In this document: one piece after another, positions 27,974 to 37,698 of the stretch | Layout: every line of letters begins with the position of its first letter | Numbering within the stretch: the stretch's first letter is position 1 | Virus record (IMG/VR): IMGVR_UViG_3300037067_026376 | Location: 1 to 64,000 of that record | Direction: 5' to 3' (one strand) | Origin: a virus | Lineage: Duplodnaviria > Caudoviricetes | DNA: 64,000 bases | The notes under the pieces: generated by a model | Told to the model about the DNA's origin: nothing | What the model saw: the letters and a program-made list of their open reading frames with translations, nothing else | The model's database searches: none | Translations under genes and position numbers: made by a program

Positions 27974-28098
27974 GCAGGACAAAATTTAGTAGGGTGTGTC
28001 GCCTTTCGGCGTCGTCCGGATTTGAACCGGTTCAAAAAATTCAAGATTTTTTTGCTTAACCAATAAGCTTCGAAGTAACCCTATCTATCAGTACCTGC
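27974..28098 (-). ncRNA. Y RNA-like B
   Basis: Terminal stem GCAGG/CCUGC, UUACUUCGA motif, D-like hairpin, T arm CCGG-UUCAAAU-CCGG. Confidence 0.75.
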
Positions 28099-28111
28099 CG
28101 TTATTTTCATA

Positions 28112-28246
28112 ACAGGAATAAAATTTAAGAGAGAAATTTTTAGCGCTCTCCCAGCTGAGCTATAGGCCACCGCAGCGGCCTGGCAGGATTCGAACCTTGC
28201 CACCTCTAGATTAACAGTCGAAGTAACTCTCTTATCAATACCCTGT
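28112..28246 (-). ncRNA. Y RNA (YrlA-like) C
   Basis: ACAGG/CCUGU ends, UAAGAGAG/CUCUCUUA stem, UUACUUCGA, T arm with GGUUCGAAUCC, loop-closed acceptor stem, D arm GCUC-AGCUGGGA-GAGC. Confidence 0.85.
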
Positions 28247-28267
28247 ATTTTAAAATTTAAAATAACT

Positions 28268-28331
28268 ATCGGAACAAAACTAAGAAGAGGATTATTTCCC
28301 AACGAAGTATCTCTTCTTTTCAGTTTCCGAT
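28268..28331 (-). ncRNA. Minimal Y RNA-like D (Ro-binding stem only)
   Basis: AUCGGAA/UUCCGAU and AAGAAGAG/CUCUUCUU stems with AUACUUCG; no tRNA domain. Confidence 0.65.
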
Positions 28332-28434
28332 ATTTCCCGGAAATGATTGAAGTTATCGCAATCCCCGGTCTTCAAAAACTAACCTACGTTTTGTCCGTCA
28401 CGATTCTGACGGCCCTGATACTATATATATCGTA

Positions 28435-31400
28435 CTAAAATGGAATTTGCCCTAAGTTTTTTATTTTTTCACAAAAATTTTTTATTCCTTCTTTGAAAAG
28501 TTCTTTATTCTCAGAAGCATAAATAGTGCTCACTGGGTGGAGGCAAAAACATACCCAACACCCGTATTTTTCATTCCATTCCGTAGTTCCGGATTTGTTA
28601 ATAATACCGGTATCATTATCTGTGAAAAACTTAATATTCGCGTTTCCCAGAGCTAATACGACAAATGGATTTATACTCCTGAGTTCTTCATCAAGCCATT
28701 TCCTGCATCTATCAACGTGTTTTCGCGTAGGATTCTTTATTGTCCTACCGGGGTAACATTTGCATACATTTGTAATTTGAAAATCTTCTCTTAAATGACC
28801 ATATAATCCAAGTTCATACCATAAAATATCTCCGGAATCATGGATGAATCCTCTTCCTTGTTTATCCTCGAATTTTCCTGGGGATTCTCCTATGATCATT
28901 ATGTTATAATTTCCTATGGTTGGCAATACAGGTGCTTTGCATTCTTTTCTTAACTCGCAATCCTGACATTCAAGAATGTCTTTATTCCGGAATCTTTTGA
29001 CAGGTTTCATCAAATTAAGAGGTAGATTTGATATATTACCCGATATAAGATCATTTTCTCTGTTTGTTACTAAATCAATAAATTCCGTATCTGTTACCAC
29101 GTCAGATAACAGATTATAAAGTTTCGCGTATCTTCCCATGACCCCTTTCATTATAGAGATACTGAGGTATTCCGAGATATGTTCCGCCTCTTCATCACGT
29201 ACTGGGACATCATCATAAGCCTTTATTTCATCAAGTATCTTCATAAATTTATCCGGTATCTTTCTCTTACTCTTCCCGGATTCATAAAATCCCTGGCCCT
29301 CTTTTATATTTTGAAAGGCTATCGCAGTTTTTTCTCCGATCCCTTTTATCTCGGTGAATGGGGCATATAATATTCCATTCCGGATTATCCATAACGTGGG
29401 ATCGCTTATTCCTATTTTCGGCGGTCTTATCTCTATCCCTAATCGGAAAGCCTCCGCTATATATTCATTCTTTTTATCTTCATCTTCGGTACCGCAGGTA
29501 AGCAAGGCGCAGATAAATTCTGCGGGATAATTTAATTTGCTCCACATGCAATAATATGTAATCATAGAGTAGGGCACAGCGTGCCCCTTCGTAAATGCGT
29601 AGCCTCCCATAGCTGCCAACTCATTCCATAACATAGACGCCTGTGTCTCCGAAAGTGTGCCTTTTCCTAAGCATCCCTGAACGAATTCACCCTGATATTT
29701 AAGAAATGCTTCTTCACCTTTTGATTTAGCCACTACTTTTCTTATCTTATTCGCTGTGGCCCAACTCATGCCAGCAAGCTCAATTACCATTTGCATTAAT
29801 TGCTCCTGATAAAGAATGATCCCATAGGTATCTCTTGTTATCCCTTCAACTAAGGGATGAATATAATGTACAGGTTCAGTCCCCCTCTTCCTGTTGACGA
29901 AATCATTACTTAAACCGGATTTTAATGCACCCGGCCTATAAAGAGAGGTTGCGTGTACTAGCATTTCAAAATTATCTATTCCCAAATCCTGACAGAATTC
30001 TCTTTGACCCTGAGTTCCGACCTGAAAGCAACCTACATTATTTCCTTTTGATAATTCTTCAAAACATTTTGGATTTCTCAAATCTAAATCTTCAAATTTG
30101 ATGTCGATACCATGATTTTCTTTTATAAGTTTTTTCGTAAAATTTAATACTGATAACGTACTTAGGCCAAGTATATCAAGTTTCATCAATCCCATATACT
30201 CAATATCTTCTTTATCCCAATTTATTATTGGTTCTTTATCCTTGCCCAATGCGAAGGAGCATCTGGTACCATTTCTGAGATCTTCATCACTAATAACAAC
30301 GGCTGCGGCGTGCTGGCCGCGATTTTTAGATACTCCTTCAGTTGCAATGGAAATATCACAGATTTCTGGAAACTTTTTATGAAATTCTCTTCCTTCATCA
30401 AATTCATTAATTGCGGAGCTAATTGTAGCGCCATAGCCTTCTTCTCCTTTTAATTTATCTTCTATCACTTTACAAAATATATTCACTTCCTTGAGAGGAA
30501 TATCGAAAACCCGGCTTACATCCCTAACCGCGCTTTTTCCTTTCATTTCTGAAAATGTACTCACCGCGGCCACGTTCCATTTCCCATATAATTCTTCGAG
30601 ATGTTTACGGATTAAAGGCTTCTTTACATCTTCAAAATCTATATCGATATCCGGATAATCAAATCTTTCCAGAGAAAGAAAGCGCTCAAATAAAAGATTA
30701 TATTCTAAGGGGTCAGGAAGGGTTATCCCTAACAAATAACATACAAGAGAGCCAGAACTTGAGCCACGGCCCGGACCGGTCATGACATCGTTTTCTTTGC
30801 ACCATTGAATGAGTTCCCATACGATAAGAAAATATTTCGCGAATCCTTTTTCTTTTATGAGGTCTAACTCATGCCACATCCTTTCCCTGTATAATTCTTC
30901 GTTCTTTCCGGTAATAATTATTTTATCTGAAAACCCTTCAAAGCATAACTTGTTGAGTATTTTTTCATCAGTTTCCCATATAAATTTAGGAACAGTAGGG
31001 AGAGATATTGTTTTCTTTTCTATCTTTTGAAAGCCGGAGCATTTCTCCGCAATTTCCATTGTATTTCTAAGCGCTTCCTGATATATACCGTCAGGTATAA
31101 CAGCCTGCTCTTTAAATCCTCTTATCATTTCACGATAACTCTTTAAGTAATAACTATCTCCGGTAAATTTCCATCTCTTTTTATCCGACCATTTGGATTT
31201 AGTCTGTATCGCGAGCAACACCTCATGAGCTTTCGCGTCCTCGGGATAAACGTAATGCGCGTCGTTGCTGCATACAAGAGGAACACCCGTTTTGTGACAT
31301 AAATAATCACATAATTGATTTGTTTCTTTTTGTTTATCGAAATCATGAGGCATTATTTCCAGATATAATAAACCCGGGATTCGTTGTTTTAATTCTTCAA

Positions 31401-31851
31401 ATAAGTTTAACCCCCAGGGATAATGCAGAAATGTTTCAGAGCATCCCGTCATCACTATTAACCCTTCAATATGTTTCAATAAGATGGAGGGATCTATGCG
31501 GGGCCTGTAGTAAAAACCATCTATATTTGCGATTGTTGTCATTTTAAGGATATTCTGAAATCCCTCTTCATTCTTAGCCAAGACAGTAATGTGAGCACGC
31601 TTATCGCCTTTTTCTTTTATCGCTGCATCTTCTGTGATATAAAATTCCTGTCCTATGATTGGAATGATATTTGCCTCTTTACAGGCGTTTTGAAATTTTA
31701 TCGCGGAATCGCAATTGCCGTGATTTGTAATGGCCAGGAATTGAAATCCAAGTTCCGATGCGCGTTTTGCATAATCTTCCGGTTTACCGAAACCATCGAG
31801 AAGGCTATAGGTGTCATGAACATGAAGATGACAAAAGGGTTGAATTGACAT
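28435..31851 (-). CDS. dnaE: DNA polymerase III alpha (DnaE-type) fused to a C-terminal family-4 UDG-like domain
   Basis: PHP HLHVHDTYSLLDG, GRGSSSGSL, PDIDIDF, KLDILGL; C-terminal CQDCELRKEC, IGESPG, NVCKCYP, HP motif. Confidence 0.93.
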   Translation of the reverse strand: MSIQPFCHLHVHDTYSLLDGFGKPEDYAKRASELGFQFLAITNHGNCDSAIKFQNACKEANIIPIIGQEFYITEDAAIKEKGDKRAHITVLAKNEEGFQNILKMTTIANIDGFYYRPRIDPSILLKHIEGLIVMTGCSETFLHYPWGLNLFEELKQRIPGLLYLEIMPHDFDKQKETNQLCDYLCHKTGVPLVCSNDAHYVYPEDAKAHEVLLAIQTKSKWSDKKRWKFTGDSYYLKSYREMIRGFKEQAVIPDGIYQEALRNTMEIAEKCSGFQKIEKKTISLPTVPKFIWETDEKILNKLCFEGFSDKIIITGKNEELYRERMWHELDLIKEKGFAKYFLIVWELIQWCKENDVMTGPGRGSSSGSLVCYLLGITLPDPLEYNLLFERFLSLERFDYPDIDIDFEDVKKPLIRKHLEELYGKWNVAAVSTFSEMKGKSAVRDVSRVFDIPLKEVNIFCKVIEDKLKGEEGYGATISSAINEFDEGREFHKKFPEICDISIATEGVSKNRGQHAAAVVISDEDLRNGTRCSFALGKDKEPIINWDKEDIEYMGLMKLDILGLSTLSVLNFTKKLIKENHGIDIKFEDLDLRNPKCFEELSKGNNVGCFQVGTQGQREFCQDLGIDNFEMLVHATSLYRPGALKSGLSNDFVNRKRGTEPVHYIHPLVEGITRDTYGIILYQEQLMQMVIELAGMSWATANKIRKVVAKSKGEEAFLKYQGEFVQGCLGKGTLSETQASMLWNELAAMGGYAFTKGHAVPYSMITYYCMWSKLNYPAEFICALLTCGTEDEDKKNEYIAEAFRLGIEIRPPKIGISDPTLWIIRNGILYAPFTEIKGIGEKTAIAFQNIKEGQGFYESGKSKRKIPDKFMKILDEIKAYDDVPVRDEEAEHISEYLSISIMKGVMGRYAKLYNLLSDVVTDTEFIDLVTNRENDLISGNISNLPLNLMKPVKRFRNKDILECQDCELRKECKAPVLPTIGNYNIMIIGESPGKFEDKQGRGFIHDSGDILWYELGLYGHLREDFQITNVCKCYPGRTIKNPTRKHVDRCRKWLDEELRSINPFVVLALGNANIKFFTDNDTGIINKSGTTEWNEKYGCWVCFCLHPVSTIYASENKELFKEGIKNFCEKIKNLGQIPF

Positions 31852-31876
31852 TTATATAAATATTCCTTTAAAGATT

Positions 31877-32155
31877 TCAGTATTTATTTTGTTCCAAAGA
31901 GTTTTCGTAATCTTCTTTTGATAATGCTTTATTGCACCATGGGCAATAACATTTATAATCGTAGACTGTTATTGCATTATCTATGATTTTTGTCTCCGGA
32001 ACTATATCCCAGCCCATTTTTTTTAGAAACTCAATGGCATCTTTCTTTGTCTCCCCGGGTTCAAGGGAAAGAATTAATTCTCCCCAGCAATATCCCTGGT
32101 TTTCTATGTTGTCGTCGTCACAATTAACCTGAACCGTGTTTACTAATTTAAGCAT
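31877..32155 (-). CDS. Hypothetical Cys-containing protein
   Basis: ORF with CxCPWC. Confidence 0.45.
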   Translation of the reverse strand: MLKLVNTVQVNCDDDNIENQGYCWGELILSLEPGETKKDAIEFLKKMGWDIVPETKIIDNAITVYDYKCYCPWCNKALSKEDYENSLEQNKY

Positions 32156-32405
32156 TATTCAACCTCCATTTTCGTCCTCTACCAACTAATATTTTTCCCT
32201 TCGCTATGACAGATCCGGAGGGATCAATATATACTTTGCCTTTTTCACATAACTCTCCATTAACTCTTATTGTGCGTGCGCCGCTGATATGCACGTTATG
32301 GCTCGCCAAATAAGCATTGATTGCTATTGCTACTTCCGCCCCGGTCAAAAAGATATCAATTCCAGGGCCAAATTCTGTCTTGCCTTGGCCATATTTAATT
32401 ATCAT
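32148..32405 (-). CDS. Conserved hypothetical phage protein
   Basis: YGQGKTEFGPGIDIFLTG...IYIDPSG-like motif. Confidence 0.5.
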   Translation of the reverse strand: MIIKYGQGKTEFGPGIDIFLTGAEVAIAINAYLASHNVHISGARTIRVNGELCEKGKVYIDPSGSVIAKGKILVGRGRKWRLNNA

Positions 32406-32701
32406 TTTAACACTCTACCGTACCAATGAGATGTATATTTAATTTTATCGCCTTTATCGTATCTGTAGAAATGATTTTTGCTAACCTCTAATTCAATGAT
32501 ATTATCATATTCCCAGAATACTAAAATATATTTATCCGGAGTATATTCGTTATCGTTATGGTAATTTTCATCTGTATCATAATCTGATACATGGTGATAA
32601 TGACTCGGAGCATAAAGTTTCTCGATTATTACAGATTCCATGTCTATGGGTTCTCTGCAGGACAAAAAAATTAACGCTAAAATTATAAATATTTTTTTCA
32701 T
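32402..32701 (-). CDS. Predicted lipoprotein
   Basis: MKKIFIILALIFLS-C lipobox-like signal. Confidence 0.55.
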   Translation of the reverse strand: MKKIFIILALIFLSCREPIDMESVIIEKLYAPSHYHHVSDYDTDENYHNDNEYTPDKYILVFWEYDNIIELEVSKNHFYRYDKGDKIKYTSHWYGRVLK

Positions 32702-32873
32702 CTCTATAACCCCATTTCATTTTTCAATTTATCAAAGGAATCATTATACTCTTTTTCTTTTCTATCGCAAAACCTAGACCCGGATTCACAACGTTCTCTA
32801 TGAGAGCGAACCTTGTTATGATGCTCTCTTTTCTTTTTATTCCGCGCTAATTTTTTCTGTCTTAATTTTTCAT

Positions 32874-33071
32874 TCATGGTTTCAACTCCTTTTCATAATC
32901 CCATAATACCTTATTCCATCTGGGAACATCCATCCATCTCAAAACCAGCTCCATCACCATCAACAGGCATTCCCGGCATAGCCAAAATTCCTCTTCTCTT
33001 ACGGGAAGAATAATTTTATCGATTGCTTCTGCTTTTTTGCATCTGCAACAGATATGTTTTTCATTTGTCAT
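32874..33071 (-). CDS. Small zinc-binding hypothetical protein
   Basis: CCRC and CREC motifs. Confidence 0.45.
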   Translation of the reverse strand: MTNEKHICCRCKKAEAIDKIILPVREEEFWLCRECLLMVMELVLRWMDVPRWNKVLWDYEKELKP

Positions 33072-33101
33072 TATATTTATCGGAATATTTTAAATTTTTA
33101 C

Positions 33102-33479
33102 TTATTTTTTATTATCTTTTTTCCATTGCTTCCATGCCGTAGCCAGATCAGGCAAAGCTTCCGCGAGAAATTCCGCCGCTTTCATCTTACAATCTGAAAA
33201 CTTAGCATGTGTAAAGTTAAATAAATATTGATCATGACTATTGCTTAAATTATCAAAGGCAACATATCTACATTGAATTTTATCATAAAGAAATTCATCA
33301 AGTTCATGTGTTAAACAATTTATAACTTCGCGCCATTCGCTGTAATCACCGCCTATTTTAATCCTGGGAATAGAACCCGATTCCGGAATAAGATAAAATT
33401 CTCCGCCTGTGCCTTCTCTCAAAACTAATTGAATTTGATGAAATCCTGCATAATAAACGCCAATTATTTTTTGCTTCAT
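33102..33479 (-). CDS. Hypothetical protein with possible HExxE metalloprotease-like motif
   Basis: LTHELDEF. Confidence 0.4.
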   Translation of the reverse strand: MKQKIIGVYYAGFHQIQLVLREGTGGEFYLIPESGSIPRIKIGGDYSEWREVINCLTHELDEFLYDKIQCRYVAFDNLSNSHDQYLFNFTHAKFSDCKMKAAEFLAEALPDLATAWKQWKKDNKK

Positions 33480-34894
33480 TTGTTCTCCTTCTTTATTACC
33501 CTTGAATCTAAAATTACTTGTCCTATATCAAGACATTGCAGCACGACCGCTTCATAGGTACCTCTTCTTCTCGCTCTGGTGTCCTTTAATATGTTTATTC
33601 TCATTATCCCTTGTTCCTGCTCCTCATCGGTTTGATTTAATCCAAAGGCAAGAGTGACATGATTCAATTTCCTGTAATCTTCACTTAAATCGGATTGTTT
33701 TATATCTTTATCCAGGGTATGAACTTTTGTATGAGTTCCGGTAATTACCGCGGCATCCCAATACTGTGCCATACTTCTGTGTCCTGACCATATCTCATCA
33801 ATTTGATGTCTTTTCTCGTCGTTTCTTTTAGCTTTCATTGCGTCAGCATAATCTGTTATTATTACATCGGGAACCCAATTATCAAAATGTCTTAAATTTT
33901 CAATATGAGAATTTACATCTTCCACAGACATTGTATTCTCCGGAGCATATATTATTTTTAATTTTTTATTTTTTGATATTTTTTTTACAGCATCCATTTT
34001 TCTCAAGGTTTCGCTAAGTTCTATTGATTTTCTCATTTCCTTACGTTGATGAATCATTCCATTTCTTTCATAATTATAATCAAAAAAGGGAATAGATATT
34101 TCTACAGGTCCGCTTTCTCCGGAAGTAGATTCTGTACATCCTGTAATTCTTTTTGCTTGTCTCTTTAAAAAATCTTCTTTAGGTAGTTCAAATAAAAATA
34201 AAATAGTGTTATTCCCACTTAATAAAGATAAAAAACCTATCTCCTGAAGCCACATCGACTTCCCCCTAGCGGCTGGTCCTGATACAGCCATAAAATCTTT
34301 TCTTTTCGCCGGTCTTATGAATTTTCCTAATTCTCCGGGAAATGAGAATAAAGAATCATCACCATCTATAAATCTGAGAGCATTTGTCATTTCATTGACA
34401 TCTTCAAATACATCTATACCGGCATGTATATTCTTTTCCACCCTCTGATACGCGGATACGACGGCCTCAGCCTGAACGTAATCCGCTCTCAACCTGTATC
34501 CGCGTATCTTTTCTTCAAGAGATAAAAGACTCGCATCTTTAAAGAATTCAAGAGCACGATCAGCGTAATATTCCACATTATATTTTTTGTTCTCCTCGAC
34601 ATATTTATCGTTTATTCTTTCGAGAAAAATAGAAATTGTTTCAGCTTTATTAGGATCCGGAATTTTTATCTTTTCCGATTCAAATATAGATTTTATATCA
34701 GTAAGAGGAGCTTTATCATATTTCAGGTAATAATCCATGCACCACTTCGCAACAGTTCTGGTATAGAACTGACCAAAAAATTCCTGTCTATACACTTTCT
34801 GTATCTGTTTTATAAACTCGGAGGATATTATCATGCCCAGAACGATATTATTTTCTTCACTGTCTTCTGGAACTACTCTCTCAAATTTCGGCAT
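33476..34894 (-). CDS. DnaB-like replicative helicase
   Basis: Walker A SGPAARGKS, Walker B IITDYAD, SEDYRK, GLNQ. Confidence 0.8.
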   Translation of the reverse strand: MPKFERVVPEDSEENNIVLGMIISSEFIKQIQKVYRQEFFGQFYTRTVAKWCMDYYLKYDKAPLTDIKSIFESEKIKIPDPNKAETISIFLERINDKYVEENKKYNVEYYADRALEFFKDASLLSLEEKIRGYRLRADYVQAEAVVSAYQRVEKNIHAGIDVFEDVNEMTNALRFIDGDDSLFSFPGELGKFIRPAKRKDFMAVSGPAARGKSMWLQEIGFLSLLSGNNTILFLFELPKEDFLKRQAKRITGCTESTSGESGPVEISIPFFDYNYERNGMIHQRKEMRKSIELSETLRKMDAVKKISKNKKLKIIYAPENTMSVEDVNSHIENLRHFDNWVPDVIITDYADAMKAKRNDEKRHQIDEIWSGHRSMAQYWDAAVITGTHTKVHTLDKDIKQSDLSEDYRKLNHVTLAFGLNQTDEEQEQGIMRINILKDTRARRRGTYEAVVLQCLDIGQVILDSRVIKKENK

Positions 34895-35227
34895 TCAGTG
34901 ATCCCTTTTATTGTTTATTTTAAATATTATTTTTTTTCACATACCACTTCATGAAATCATTAAAAGAATCGAATTCATAAACTCACATATTATGCTTTTT
35001 TACTTTCCATTTTTAGTTCTGTATATTTAGCGCTGCATTTTTTATCGCTATGACTGTAAATTATTTCATATTTTGTTTCAACAACCTTATCATAAATTAT
35101 ATGACAGAGGTTACACTTTTTTATTTTATTGTTCATGAAAATTTGTTTAGCCACCAGACTGCATTAAATCAACGTAGTGAAGTTTCGTTATTTTGGGGTA
35201 TCATTGTTTATTTCTAATGTAGATCCC

Positions 35228-35602
35228 TCATTTCTTTGAGTTTTTCCATGTATCCTTGTCATTAAACGGGCAATCACTGATATTATTTGTTTTCTTGTTG
35301 ATGATATCTATTAATTGTTCTGTAGTTATCATGCCGGTATGTCCTACCCCAACATAATAATTGCAATCACCGCCTAATTCCTTGTTATAATTAGGTTTAT
35401 GATTACTAAACCTTATTTTAAATTTTTTATCGCCTTTTTTCAGATAAAGATATTTTGATACCGTACTCTTTGATTCCTGCATGTCAACACTGAACCCCAT
35501 ATCTAACATCGCTTCTGAAAATTGTATCCATTTCGGAACGGGATAACCCTTAATCAGATAGTTTGGTTTTATGCTATCCAGATATTTTTGACTTAGGTCC
35601 AT
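35228..35602 (-). CDS. Conserved hypothetical phage protein
   Basis: SKSTVSKYL...IRFSNHKP motif. Confidence 0.55.
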   Translation of the reverse strand: MDLSQKYLDSIKPNYLIKGYPVPKWIQFSEAMLDMGFSVDMQESKSTVSKYLYLKKGDKKFKIRFSNHKPNYNKELGGDCNYYVGVGHTGMITTEQLIDIINKKTNNISDCPFNDKDTWKNSKK

Positions 35603-37072
35603 TTACGCCTCTACCATAGCTGAATCATGAGATTTATTAAAAATACTCTGTACCCAGTTCCTTTCCTCTTCCGCTCTTTCTAATTCTTTATCAAAAGCGC
35701 TATCATTTTGTTTCCTCAACCGCACCTCATCTAGAAATTTATCGCTGGGGTTAAGATCGTAGTCGCCGCCATACTCCTTCTTTATCCACATGATATAATT
35801 CTTCCATCTCCATTTGATATAATTGATCTGGAATAAACCGTTATCACTATACATATCGGATAAAAACTTAATATGCATGTCAAAAAATTTATTCTCTCTG
35901 ATTTTTGATGGATTCAATATGTCTTTTACCCTTTCCCTGTATTCCTTTTCCCTGCGGATCACAAAATTGACGCACTGTATGAGTTCCTGCGCCTCCGTCG
36001 CATTCAAATCCTTCCCCCTGAAAAAAGAAGCGCGGTATTTTGATACTATTTCCGGATCGAGGGGTTGCTCTTTACGCTTACCTTGAAAATTCTTTTTAAC
36101 CTTGGTAAGAAAAATAGATTTATGGGTATAATCATTAAATAAGAAATTATTACAATCCGGAGGTAATTTATCTTGAAAACTCCCGTATTCTCCGGCAAGG
36201 ACATCGTCATAAATATCTATGGCGTCTATGATCTCTTCGGGAGTCCATTTCTGATAGAGATCTCTGCGAGATACTTTATTTTGTGATAGGTAATCTTTAT
36301 CAAAATTGTATATTCTCCCAAAATTACCAGTAAGCAGCATACAAAATTTTTTAGCGGCATCGTTATAAACCTTGGTTCCAGAGCGATGACTTTTTATAAA
36401 ATTTTTATTTTCTGCAATATAATTCAAAAATCTCCACCCCTCCTCAAAAGCGGGGTCGGGCGGCGTCTCCTTCCTAGGATTCTTTTTAGCGGAAGGAATT
36501 TCATTTGTTTTTATATCTTCGGGAATGATTTGATCATTGTTTAATGTTCCTTCCGCAGGAAGGACATTACTAGATACTTTAGTATCTATATTCTTTATGT
36601 TATTATTATATATGTTGTTATTAATATAGTCGCTCTCAGCTTCTCCCAGAGTCGGTTCTGCCTTCTCCCAGAGTCGGTTATTTCGACCTTCGCAAATTTT
36701 TATTTTTGTACATAAATCAGAAAGATCTAATGTATATTTATTATGTTGCTTCATTGGATCATTTGGATATAATTTTGATTTTTTTAAGATACCTAAAAAT
36801 TCCGCGTCTTTGATAGCATTAATAACAATATCTCTTCCGATTTCTAAATCTTCAGCAATTGTATTTATTTTGGGAAAACAATCGTCAACCCCTTTCCCTG
36901 TATAAGATAGCATATATGCCAACACTAATTTTACCCATTTCCCGCGTTTATTATTTTTATCTGGGTTATCGATATCGACTAAAATATCATTTAATTTCAG
37001 TCTCATTAATTTTTTAGGTATTATTCCATAACCATCTTCAAGTATACCGGATAATTCTATTGTGTTTTCCAT
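35603..37072 (-). CDS. Replication initiator-like protein with N-terminal HTH
   Basis: CFPKINTIAEDLEIGRDIVINAIK...NKY; NNNIYNNNIKN linker; upstream of the helicase. Confidence 0.6.
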   Translation of the reverse strand: MENTIELSGILEDGYGIIPKKLMRLKLNDILVDIDNPDKNNKRGKWVKLVLAYMLSYTGKGVDDCFPKINTIAEDLEIGRDIVINAIKDAEFLGILKKSKLYPNDPMKQHNKYTLDLSDLCTKIKICEGRNNRLWEKAEPTLGEAESDYINNNIYNNNIKNIDTKVSSNVLPAEGTLNNDQIIPEDIKTNEIPSAKKNPRKETPPDPAFEEGWRFLNYIAENKNFIKSHRSGTKVYNDAAKKFCMLLTGNFGRIYNFDKDYLSQNKVSRRDLYQKWTPEEIIDAIDIYDDVLAGEYGSFQDKLPPDCNNFLFNDYTHKSIFLTKVKKNFQGKRKEQPLDPEIVSKYRASFFRGKDLNATEAQELIQCVNFVIRREKEYRERVKDILNPSKIRENKFFDMHIKFLSDMYSDNGLFQINYIKWRWKNYIMWIKKEYGGDYDLNPSDKFLDEVRLRKQNDSAFDKELERAEEERNWVQSIFNKSHDSAMVEA

Positions 37073-37087
37073 ATTTTTACTCTCCTT

Positions 37088-37516
37088 TTATCTTAAGCAA
37101 TCATCAAAATCTACATCGTCATTTATTGTTTTTCCGTTTTTTAAATCCTCTATCGAATCTAAATAAAAAGGTCCTTGTGTTAAACATTTGTCGAGATCCG
37201 GGAGATAATCTTTGACATCATCTATAATTGGCGGGAATTTATTATATTTCGGTTTATGTCTGGAAATATAAAAAAGTTCTTTGATGCAGCAATCTATATG
37301 AGAACTGGTTAATTCATAACAAAAAGAAAAAGCATTTTTTTCATAAAAAGATTGCATCATTCTGTTCCCTAAATTATTGCTCTTCCCTATATAAATTATT
37401 TCATCACTGTATGGATTCTCTTCTTTAGATTCATCCATTAAAAAATATACTCCATTTTTACCTTTTAAAAGATGAATAAGTTTTTTTATTTCTGGATTAA
37501 AATCATATCCTTCCAT
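37088..37516 (-). CDS. GIY-YIG nuclease-like protein
   Basis: GVYFL...IIYIGKSNNLGNR...E...KPKYN. Confidence 0.75.
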   Translation of the reverse strand: MEGYDFNPEIKKLIHLLKGKNGVYFLMDESKEENPYSDEIIYIGKSNNLGNRMMQSFYEKNAFSFCYELTSSHIDCCIKELFYISRHKPKYNKFPPIIDDVKDYLPDLDKCLTQGPFYLDSIEDLKNGKTINDDVDFDDCLR

Positions 37517-37698
37517 TGCTTTCTCCTTTGCCTATAAAATAAAAAAGCCCTTCTACCTGTTGCCGTGGGCTCTGAATGCCGGACAAGCGATTACATTCAG
37601 ACAGCAACATATAGAAAAGCTCTTAAATAAAATACCATTTACTTGTCCTTGATTAAAATTACTCCGGCCCCACAGAGTAATTTTAAGTTAAGGAAATA

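Noticed and set aside
26178-28246. Ordinary tRNA genes or tRNA pseudogenes near TROVE
   Set aside because: In A and C the T arm precedes the D arm and the acceptor stem is loop-closed; all lie inside a shared terminal stem, which fits Y RNAs better.
34895-35227. Gene between the helicase and 35228
   Set aside because: Only short, stop-interrupted frames; possibly a decayed ORF but not supportable.
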